Shown here one piece after another: positions 1-7,935 of a DNA stretch of 64,000 bases. The notes under the pieces are model-generated. The model did no database searches. It saw nothing but the letters and a program-made list of their open reading frames with translations, and was not told the DNA's origin. Location of the stretch: assembly GCA_903893745.1 (NCBI GenBank), contig CAITNF010000006.1, forward strand, positions 34,995 through 98,994, written 5' to 3'. A program made the translations under genes and the position numbers. How positions within the stretch are numbered: position 1 is the first letter of the stretch; every line of letters starts with the position of its first letter. Source of the stretch: an uncultured Actinomycetes bacterium. Lineage in GTDB: Bacteria > Actinomycetota > Acidimicrobiia > Acidimicrobiales > RAAP-2.

Positions 1-47
1 CGGTGGGTGGTGCTCACGCCCGCACACCGCGACCACCGATTCACTCG

Positions 48-1109
48 CTATCTCGAACGAGACCGCTCTCGAGAAGAACTGAGCCACTGACTCAGCTGAT
101 GATCGGCCAGGGGACGGGGGCCTCGAGTTCGCACGGCACCCACCATTCGGGCGCGTGACGTGCTCACCAGCAGTTCGCGAACTCCTTGTCCTTCAAGCAG
201 TTCGGGGTACAGCAGGTCTACTGATCTGTCTAAGTCGCGTAGCGAAGTGCCAAACACCGCCGCGTCAGCCCAGGCGGCAATGACGTGGCGACGCCCCACG
301 TCCCAGCGACCTTCGAACGCGGCGCCAAACGCGTGCTCATCTAGAAGCGCCCGGTCCCTTGTTGGCTCGTCAATGACGCCCGACGGTTCAAAGTTCGTCA
401 GATCTCTGCTCCATTGTTCAGTAATAGCGTCGCGCGTCCATGAGAACTTCTCACCACGTTCGTCGCGGTGACCCGGCCAAATCTTTCGATACCCTTCGTC
501 GAGACCGGTCACGTGTTCGACTCCAGAAAATGAACGCCAGGGCCGCCAACTCGTGGTCGCCGCAATTTGGTGACGCAGGACCGTCCGGTAGACAGCGTCA
601 CCGGTGTGCAGATGGGCAAACAACGCACGACTATCGAGCACGGTTGTGGCACCGTGCGGCCTGGAGCCCACGAGGACGTGGTCGTGTAGGTGTGGTTCGG
701 CGTGTCGATTTACCCCATGGGTAAATGCCACCACGCGTCCCCACTGGGCAGATTGTTCACTGTCGTTTCCCCCACGTCGCAGACGGACCACGACCGCTCG
801 GCCCTCGAGATACGCCAGGGCCGCGGCGACTGCGTGCTGGTGCGCGCGCACGACGTGGGGAGCCGCGACGTCGTCAACGGCCACCAGAATCGAAATAGGT
901 CGTGGGGCCGCGACGATGAGGTCGTAGCCACAGATTGTCGCTCGATCAGTCGTCGTCAGCACCCGTTTCACGTCACGTGCGTCGTGCTGATTGCCGACTC
1001 CTCGCAGCCAGCGCGCCGCCCCGGCGTCACGAACTCCCTCTAACTCCAGAGCTTCATCGTCGACCAGGTAGTCAACGGCGTCAGAACGGCGAATGATGGC
1101 GCGCAGCAT
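48..1109 (-). CDS. Stand-alone MobF/TrwC-family HUH relaxase domain protein (no helicase domain)
   Basis: N-terminal Tyr (AVDYL), GYDLIVAAPRPISIL (cf. TrwC-family GxDLTFSAPKSVS), FTHGVNRHAEPHLHDH (cf. FxHxTSRxxDPxLHxH); 353 aa, no Walker A; SD GAGGAG upstream. Confidence 0.85.
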   Translation of the reverse strand: MLRAIIRRSDAVDYLVDDEALELEGVRDAGAARWLRGVGNQHDARDVKRVLTTTDRATICGYDLIVAAPRPISILVAVDDVAAPHVVRAHQHAVAAALAYLEGRAVVVRLRRGGNDSEQSAQWGRVVAFTHGVNRHAEPHLHDHVLVGSRPHGATTVLDSRALFAHLHTGDAVYRTVLRHQIAATTSWRPWRSFSGVEHVTGLDEGYRKIWPGHRDERGEKFSWTRDAITEQWSRDLTNFEPSGVIDEPTRDRALLDEHAFGAAFEGRWDVGRRHVIAAWADAAVFGTSLRDLDRSVDLLYPELLEGQGVRELLVSTSRARMVGAVRTRGPRPLADHQLSQWLSSSRERSRSR

Positions 1110-1132
1110 GGGACTCCTCTTTCGAGGAACCC
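1110..1132 (-). promoter_or_regulatory. GAAA-tetraloop hairpin containing the relaxase Shine-Dalgarno
   Basis: Minus strand GGGTTCCTC-GAAA-GAGGAGTCC then C-ATG; 9-bp stem with two G.U pairs. Confidence 0.6.
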
Positions 1133-1142
1133 AATGGTCGCG

Positions 1143-3101
1143 TTAGAGTGCCTTGGCGATTCGTCGGGCGAGCTCGTGGCCCGCGTCGTGAAAAGTGGGG
1201 GTCAGCACCACGGCTCCCGGTCCGGCCCGCAGCATGAGGTGGTCCAAAAATGACCGTTCCGAAATGCGAAACTTCACCGCGTGGCGGCCGTCATCGAGCA
1301 CGCACCACTGGGCGTTTGGTAGTGGCTCAAAGAGCCACCGTAGTTCTGACTCCACAATGACCACTACTTCGTCGCCCGCTTCGCCAATCTCGGTCAGCCA
1401 GTTCGTTACCGTATCGGCTGGTCGAGACGTCGACGAAGGCGATTTTGCCAGAATTCCACTGATCCGATCCACTCGAAAAGTGCGCCACCCCTCGCGCATA
1501 GTGCAGTAGGCCCTCATGTAAATCCGTCCATTCAGGACTTTGATTTCGCGCGGCTCCACAATGCGCACCGAGGGTTCATTGGCACTGGCGGAGGTGTAGT
1601 TAATTTTCAGCTGTTCGTGCTGAAGAACTGCTTCGCGCACGTCAGCGAGAAAGGGTTCACTTGCGGCATTCTCCATTTGAACAAATGAGGCGACCGTTGA
1701 CTCAATCTTTTCAATGGCCGAGAAGATAGCGGGTTCGACGTAGACCCGACTGGCCTCTCGTAACGCCACGTTGAGCTCAAAGAGATCCAACCAAGTGAAC
1801 GGTGAGCTGTCGTACTCGTCACCAGTCATGCCACTGAAATCAGCACGATACGTCGAGTCATCATTCTCGACGTCGTCCCAATCGTCACATTCCTTTTGTA
1901 AGTGCGCCAAATAGCCCGACTGATTACCAATTGGCTGCAGGGCCACGAGCCGGTCCATAATCAATCGAACATGGACCGGACTAAGTGAGAAACGTTTTGC
2001 TAGTTCACTGATACGCAAACCATCGTCGGCGAGGTAGACCGCGTGCAAGAGTCGCAACGTCTCGCCGAGTACGTCGTTCGTCGCCGGACCGGAAAACCGT
2101 AGTGAATCAGCGGGAACCGTTTCACCCCGATTCACTTGGTCCAGCCACGTGAGCAGCTCTTCGCGCAGAACTTTGGGGCGGCGAATTCGAACTCGATTCG
2201 CCGCCTCGAGGGCGAATCGCATGGCGGCACGCTGGCTCGCAAAACTCAGTCCCACTTCGTACACGCCATCTTTTTTCTTCGCGGCGACCGCATTGGGGAA
2301 CTGTTGCACGATGAGCTGGGCGTAGTGGTCGTTGGTCTCGAGCACCACGTCAGTTGGCTTAGGTGACTTCGAAAACTCTGGACGCCACGCTTTGGCTAAA
2401 GCCAGCGTGGGCTCATCGACGTGAAACGAGTCGGGTAAGACCACCGGCATTGAACGCAGTCGGGAAAGTCGAAATCCACGAACTTCCGCGGTCCCCTTTA
2501 TCCGAGCCACGAGATAGGTAATTCCGTTGAAGACGTCAAGCACCAGGGGCTCAACCAGTCGTGACTTATTCGAAGACGATTGGTAGTCAAAGGTCAGAGC
2601 ACGCCGCTGGTGTAACGCTCGCAGAATTGGGATGAAGTAGTTCGTGAACTCCAGTCCCCCGTCAGCGGCCGGACCATCACTAAACACGCTAAAGGCCCCC
2701 GGACGTCCAAATCCACAGAGGGCCAGCGCCAGCTGCACCACTCGTGTTTCATCATCAGTGAAGAAGATGGCCGGGGCCGTCACACTCTGGGGATCTATCC
2801 AGTAACCCGATCCTCCATCTTCGAGAATTTCAGTCTCGATTTGAAATCCGAACTCACGAATACTGGATTTGTCTCGCTCAAACTTCTGACGAACGGCATC
2901 ATCATTGCCTTCGTAGGCGGGTACTTTTCGAGGGACGAGGGCGGTAACGGGAAACTCGTCGACCTTTAGTTCTCGAACAATACGTTCTTGGGTGAGGGGA
3001 TGTTCTCTACTCGCCGCTTGGAGCAGCAGAACGAGTGCCACTAATCGTTCGCGACGCCCTTCAGTCTCTCCTCGAATTCCGCTCGTTGCGCTTTTCGCCA
3101 T
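1143..3101 (-). CDS. pafBC: Fused PafB-PafC WYL-domain transcriptional regulator
   Basis: PafB-type wHTH (VRQKFERDKSSIREFG), WYL1 (RLVEP..TYLVA..FRLSR), second wHTH, WYL2 (RIVEP..IYMRAYC..RTFRVDRI); start set at ATG 3101 from TACCCT-N7-ATG (ORF track 3128). Confidence 0.88.
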   Translation of the reverse strand: MAKSATSGIRGETEGRRERLVALVLLLQAASREHPLTQERIVRELKVDEFPVTALVPRKVPAYEGNDDAVRQKFERDKSSIREFGFQIETEILEDGGSGYWIDPQSVTAPAIFFTDDETRVVQLALALCGFGRPGAFSVFSDGPAADGGLEFTNYFIPILRALHQRRALTFDYQSSSNKSRLVEPLVLDVFNGITYLVARIKGTAEVRGFRLSRLRSMPVVLPDSFHVDEPTLALAKAWRPEFSKSPKPTDVVLETNDHYAQLIVQQFPNAVAAKKKDGVYEVGLSFASQRAAMRFALEAANRVRIRRPKVLREELLTWLDQVNRGETVPADSLRFSGPATNDVLGETLRLLHAVYLADDGLRISELAKRFSLSPVHVRLIMDRLVALQPIGNQSGYLAHLQKECDDWDDVENDDSTYRADFSGMTGDEYDSSPFTWLDLFELNVALREASRVYVEPAIFSAIEKIESTVASFVQMENAASEPFLADVREAVLQHEQLKINYTSASANEPSVRIVEPREIKVLNGRIYMRAYCTMREGWRTFRVDRISGILAKSPSSTSRPADTVTNWLTEIGEAGDEVVVIVESELRWLFEPLPNAQWCVLDDGRHAVKFRISERSFLDHLMLRAGPGAVVLTPTFHDAGHELARRIAKAL

Positions 3102-3306
3102 ACTGATGAGGGTACCGGTCTTGGCCACCCTTGGCGCGAATCACGCGCCACCTTGGTCCGGCACCATGGTTGGGTTCCTTCGAGCATTGAAATTGCTGAA
3201 AGTGGTTTTTGCCTCAATGCGGGCTGGCCCAGTTATTGATCACTCGTCAGGCGGCTCAAGGGTCCACGGTAGGATGCAGTGGCGAGTAGTGCCGCAAGGA
3301 GTCGTA

Positions 3307-3600
3307 ATGCCAACCTACGAATACGAGTGCCAGACCTGTCAGCAGCGTACTGAGGCCGTCCAGAAATTTAGCGATCCGGCCCTAACCACGTGTGAGAGCT
3401 GTGGTGGACCACTGCGCAAGGTCTTCTCCGCGGTGGGCATTGTCTTTAAGGGAAGTGGCTTCTATAAGAACGACAGTCGCAGTACGAATTCGTCGGCAAC
3501 GCCACCCTCCAGCACGCCCAGCGCAGCCCCCGCAGCCACGCCCGCCACACCGGCGCCCAGCTCACCGGCTCCCACTGCGAGTACCGGTTCGAGCGACTAA
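3307..3600 (+). CDS. FmdB-family zinc-ribbon protein with Pro/Ala/Ser/Thr-rich tail
   Basis: MPTYEYECQTC..CESCGG..GIVFKGSGFYKND; SD AAGGAG before ATG 3307. Confidence 0.9.
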   Translation: MPTYEYECQTCQQRTEAVQKFSDPALTTCESCGGPLRKVFSAVGIVFKGSGFYKNDSRSTNSSATPPSSTPSAAPAATPATPAPSSPAPTASTGSSD

Positions 3601-4952
3601 GAGCCCGAGACCGCCACTCCATCAATCGCCAGCGACTGACCGGCCGCAGTGCCCGGTAGCCATTCAACGTTGTTGCCGACGTACACAACATCGAGGAGCA
3701 TTCGCTGCAGCGTTGACGCCACCGTAATTTCTCGAACGGGTTCGGCCAACTCACCGTCACGAATCATGAGGCCGGTAACGCCCACCGAGAAGTCTCCCGA
3801 AATGGGGTTCACGCCAGAGTGCACACCGGTGACTGATTCAACGAAGATGCCATGGCCGACGCGACGAAGCATTTCGGTCTGATCAACGTCGCCCGCAACT
3901 AACTGCAACGCCCGACACCCAGCCGACGGCGAACCGGCAATCCCGCCACGAAGGGCGCCACCATTGGACGATGTGCCAGCGCGACGAGCTGAGACCGTGT
4001 CGTAAACAAAGCCCTTCAGGTCGCCCTTCTCAATGAGTACATTTTTACGACACGCGAGACCCTCACCGTCGTACGCACTGGCCGCGAAGTGTCGCGCATC
4101 GGTGGGATCATCGAGCAGCGTAAACAGCGGCGAAGCCACCGTTTCACCAATTCGATTGGCGAAGAATGAACGACCCCGCACGACGGCTTCGCCGCTGAGG
4201 GCACTTCCGATAATGGCGAGCAGCGTGGCCGCCGTTCGAGGGTCAAAGACTGCGGTGCAGAGCATTGATGGAGGTTTCACGGCTCCGAGCATCCGGGTGG
4301 CCCGAGTGATCGCGTCGCGCGCCGCCTCGTTGATATCGAGCTCACTCGGCGCACGACCTACCGAGAGTCCCCAGCCGGTCTGATCATCTGCGCCATCGGT
4401 AGCAATCGCTTCCACGGACACGTAGGCGCCCGAGCGCGCGTACGTTGCTCGAATACCGGTCGTCGAAACGATGGCCGCCTCGGCAACGTAGTCCGAATAG
4501 TTAGCCGAATCCACTTGACGAATTCGCGAATCGCCACTTCGCACCAGCTGCTCAAGCTCAATCGCCATAGCAATTTTTTCATCCAGTGGTGTGCTCGTCA
4601 CTCTGGCGTCAGTCAGGTTAAGCGTGGCTGGGTCCACCCCATCGGGACGAGCAAAGGCGACGTACTCATCTTCGGTCGCGAAATGGGCGTTATCGCGAGC
4701 TTCGCGCAGTGCATCGCTGATTGCCTCGTCGTCGAGCGAACCAGCCCACGCGGTACCCACTTGAGCGCCCGCGGCGCTCTCACGAAGAATTCGAATACCG
4801 ATGCCACTGGACGTGGCACTTGAAAGGTTCTCAATCTGACCCTGGTAGGCGCGTACTTCGGTGTCCACTCCAGTGGAGAGATAAATCTCAACTGCCTCGG
4901 AACCCTTCGCCGCGTCGAGAATTTTTTCGGCCCGTTCGAGTAGTTCGCTCAT
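3597..4952 (-). CDS. pmbA: TldE/PmbA family protein
   Basis: 451 aa, YDGEG, GVNPISGDFSV motifs; overlaps tldD stop; lacks HExxxH. Confidence 0.88.
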   Translation of the reverse strand: MSELLERAEKILDAAKGSEAVEIYLSTGVDTEVRAYQGQIENLSSATSSGIGIRILRESAAGAQVGTAWAGSLDDEAISDALREARDNAHFATEDEYVAFARPDGVDPATLNLTDARVTSTPLDEKIAMAIELEQLVRSGDSRIRQVDSANYSDYVAEAAIVSTTGIRATYARSGAYVSVEAIATDGADDQTGWGLSVGRAPSELDINEAARDAITRATRMLGAVKPPSMLCTAVFDPRTAATLLAIIGSALSGEAVVRGRSFFANRIGETVASPLFTLLDDPTDARHFAASAYDGEGLACRKNVLIEKGDLKGFVYDTVSARRAGTSSNGGALRGGIAGSPSAGCRALQLVAGDVDQTEMLRRVGHGIFVESVTGVHSGVNPISGDFSVGVTGLMIRDGELAEPVREITVASTLQRMLLDVVYVGNNVEWLPGTAAGQSLAIDGVAVSGS

Positions 4953-6346
4953 AGGGCGGTGCCACCAATCGTGACACTCGACAGTCGCATGGTCGCCTGT
5001 CCGGTGCCCACCGGTACGGACTGGCCGTCCTTACCGCAGGTCCCGGGAGTCATCGAAAAGTCGCGCCCGACAGCGTCAACTCGTTGCAGGATCTCGGGGC
5101 CGTTGCCAATGAGGTTGCAGTCACGAAGTGGTGCAGTGATTTTTCCATTTTCGATCAAGAACGCGGCCGTCATACCAAACACGAAGTCACCAGTGGCCGT
5201 GTTGACTTGCCCACCTCCTAGTTGTGCCACGTACACCCCGCGCGGTGTTTGGGCGACAATCTCGTCGGCGTCAGAGTCGCCCTCGAGTAAGTAGGTATTC
5301 GTCATGCGAACCATCGGGAGGTGCTGGTAGCTCTGGCGACGTCCATTGCCCGACGACACCCGACCTTCTTTTCTCGCTCGCAAGTAGTCCCACATGTAAT
5401 CAGTCAGCATTCCGTTCTCGATGAGGACGTTGCGACCGCTCGCGCGCCCCTCGTCGTCGACGCTCAAGTAACCCCATTCACCAACCACGGTGCCATCGTC
5501 GACCAGGGTGACCAGGGGGCTCGCGACTTGCTGACCAACTTTGCCGGCGTAGACCGACGCCTGCTTCAAAATGGCGTCGGCTTCGAGACCGTGACCACAG
5601 GCCTCGTGAAACAAAATTCCCCCTGAACCGCCCGCGAGGACCACCGGGAGATCGCCCGACGGAGCGGGACGTGCATCAAGTTTGATGATTGCTTGACGCG
5701 CCGCGCCGCGCGAAGCCTCCGCCACGGCATCAGGGGTCAACAGTTCAAAGCCGCGTGTACCAGCAATTGGTCGATATCCAGTCTGCATACCCGTGTCGCC
5801 ACTGGCTATGCACGAAACATTAAACCGCGTACGGACTTGATTGTCTGAAGCAAATACTCCATCGGAGTTGGCAACTACGAATCGACGGGTGGAGTCACCG
5901 AGCGCGACTTGCACTTGCGTAATCGACGAACTTTCGCTTCGCGCAACATCATCAGCGTGACGGAGTATCTCAATTTTCTTCGCCTTAGCAACCTCACCCG
6001 GCAAAGTAGTTGCTTGCGTCGGATAGTCGCGGTGCTCGCCAAGAGCAATCTCACGTACTCCACCACCGCCACCTCGAGCTACTGACGCCGCCGCCTGGGC
6101 CGCCGCGAGTAGTCCACGCTGCGAGAGGTCGGCCGTGTGGGCGAATCCGGTCGTTTCACCGACCACCACTCGAATTCCAGCTCCGCGGTCTCGACCCGAG
6201 CTGAGCTCTTCTACTCGACCCTGATCCATGACCGCCGACGAGGTGGTGCGATCTTCGACGAACACTTCGGCGAACTCGCCACCCCGTTCGAGGGCAGCCC
6301 CAAGAACCGCTTGCAGTACATCACGTTCAACCAATATTGAGGACAT
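4949..6346 (-). CDS. tldD: TldD metalloprotease
   Basis: HEACGHGLEAD, VDDEG, MVRMTNTY, CGKDGQ. Confidence 0.92.
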   Translation of the reverse strand: MSSILVERDVLQAVLGAALERGGEFAEVFVEDRTTSSAVMDQGRVEELSSGRDRGAGIRVVVGETTGFAHTADLSQRGLLAAAQAAASVARGGGGGVREIALGEHRDYPTQATTLPGEVAKAKKIEILRHADDVARSESSSITQVQVALGDSTRRFVVANSDGVFASDNQVRTRFNVSCIASGDTGMQTGYRPIAGTRGFELLTPDAVAEASRGAARQAIIKLDARPAPSGDLPVVLAGGSGGILFHEACGHGLEADAILKQASVYAGKVGQQVASPLVTLVDDGTVVGEWGYLSVDDEGRASGRNVLIENGMLTDYMWDYLRARKEGRVSSGNGRRQSYQHLPMVRMTNTYLLEGDSDADEIVAQTPRGVYVAQLGGGQVNTATGDFVFGMTAAFLIENGKITAPLRDCNLIGNGPEILQRVDAVGRDFSMTPGTCGKDGQSVPVGTGQATMRLSSVTIGGTAL

Positions 6347-6422
6347 GGGATAATCCTATTGGCCGTATGCGGTCCACGAAATGTGCCAAAACGACAGCAC
6401 AATCTCGTCCTACGATGCTGTA

Positions 6423-7889
6423 ATGACCGATCCCCACTCCTCAACGAGCGAACTCGCCAACAGTCCCGTCAGCTCGCTACAAGAACAGTTAGCTCAAGGC
6501 GCTACCAGTTCGATTGAGATTGTCGAAGCGCTACTCGCGCGCATTGCCGCGATTGACGTCGCCGACTCACCAATTGCCCTTCGCTCAATTGCGGCTCTCT
6601 CTGATGACGTGCGCGCCGTCGCCAACGAACGCGACAGTGAACGCGTCAACGGTGCGTTACGAGGTCCCCTGCACGGAATTCCCATTCTCATCAAAGACAA
6701 CATCGAAGCCACGGGTCTGCCCGGTGCCGCTGGTTCGAGCGCCCTGTGGGGCCGACCCGCACGCGAGGCACCGTTGGTTGCTCGCCTTCGACAAGCGGGA
6801 GCGCTAATTCTTGGTAGTACCAATCTGAGTCAGTGGGCGAACATGCGCTCAACTCGTTCGACGAGTGGTTACTCGGCAACGGGCGGGCTCGTTGGAAATC
6901 CCTGGGCGCTCGACCGCTCCGCGGGTGGTTCGTCGTCAGGTTCGGGGGCCGCGCTGGCGGCTGGGCTGGCCCCGCTCGCGATCGGCACGGAGACCGATGG
7001 ATCAATCGTCTGCCCTGCGTCACTCAATGGCGTGGTGGGATTAAAGCCCACGGTGGGACTAATCCCCACCACTTTCGTCGTACCAATTAGCGCTAGTCAA
7101 GACAGCCCCGGCCCCATGGGCCGCTCGGTCGATGACGTGGCTCTGCTCTTCGCCGCGCTGAGCAACACTGCGCGCCCCACCACTGCACCATCCCCAACCT
7201 TCGCGGTGGCGACAAATTGGCGAACCGGTCACCCCGAAACTGACGACCGTTTTGACGAAATCATGCAGGCCCTGCGTGAAGATGGTTTGATACTGCACAA
7301 TCGAGAGTTGGCCGAACCGGGCGAGCAAGAAGGAGCCGACGAGCTGCTGGTCTTAACCAGTGAGCTCTATGACGACCTCAGCGCGTACCTGCGCGAGCGT
7401 CCCGGTAGTGGCGTGGCTTCGCTCGAGGACGTTATTGCCTTCGAAGACGCCGAACGAGCTGTCGAGCAGCGCCACTTCGGTCACGAACACTTTCTTGCGG
7501 CTCGAGCTACTGGTGGTCGGGCCAGTGCGCAGTACGCCAAAGCCCGCCAGCGCAATCTCGACTGGGCCATTGAAAAATGTCTTCGACCAGGGCTCCACGA
7601 CGTTGACCTCGTGCTCGCCCCGGCCTACGGGCCAGCCTGGAAGAGCGACCTCGCCGTCGGCGGCCATCCGGGTCCGGCAAGTTGCGCGACGATGGCTCCG
7701 GCCATAGCTGGTTGGCCCATCATGAGTCTGCCAATGGGTCTCGTGCACGATCTACCCGTGGGGCTCGCACTCCTTGGTCGACCCGGAAGTGAGTGGCGGC
7801 TGCTGGCGGCCGCGCAACGAATTGAAGCCGTCACGACAGCGCGTGTACCCCTCCCACTCCCCTTTTGGGCGCAACCACAGCGTGGTTAG
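6423..7889 (+). CDS. Amidase signature family protein
   Basis: PILIKDN, GGSSSGSG, IGTETDGSI (Ser-cisSer-Lys triad motifs); start from TACGAT-N6-ATG. Confidence 0.9.
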   Translation: MTDPHSSTSELANSPVSSLQEQLAQGATSSIEIVEALLARIAAIDVADSPIALRSIAALSDDVRAVANERDSERVNGALRGPLHGIPILIKDNIEATGLPGAAGSSALWGRPAREAPLVARLRQAGALILGSTNLSQWANMRSTRSTSGYSATGGLVGNPWALDRSAGGSSSGSGAALAAGLAPLAIGTETDGSIVCPASLNGVVGLKPTVGLIPTTFVVPISASQDSPGPMGRSVDDVALLFAALSNTARPTTAPSPTFAVATNWRTGHPETDDRFDEIMQALREDGLILHNRELAEPGEQEGADELLVLTSELYDDLSAYLRERPGSGVASLEDVIAFEDAERAVEQRHFGHEHFLAARATGGRASAQYAKARQRNLDWAIEKCLRPGLHDVDLVLAPAYGPAWKSDLAVGGHPGPASCATMAPAIAGWPIMSLPMGLVHDLPVGLALLGRPGSEWRLLAAAQRIEAVTTARVPLPLPFWAQPQRG

Positions 7890-7935
7890 TACTTTCTCCG
7901 GAAGAATTCGCAGTCGCCAACGGTAGGCTGACTTG

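Noticed and set aside
965-978. parS-like GTTTCACGT
   Set aside because: Only one half matches GTTTCACGTGAAAC, and it lies inside the relaxase CDS
1122-3184. Imperfect inverted repeats TCGA(A)GGAACCCAA..TGGT bracketing pafBC
   Set aside because: Only a 9-nt exact core with gaps, no transposase or target duplication; plausibly chance
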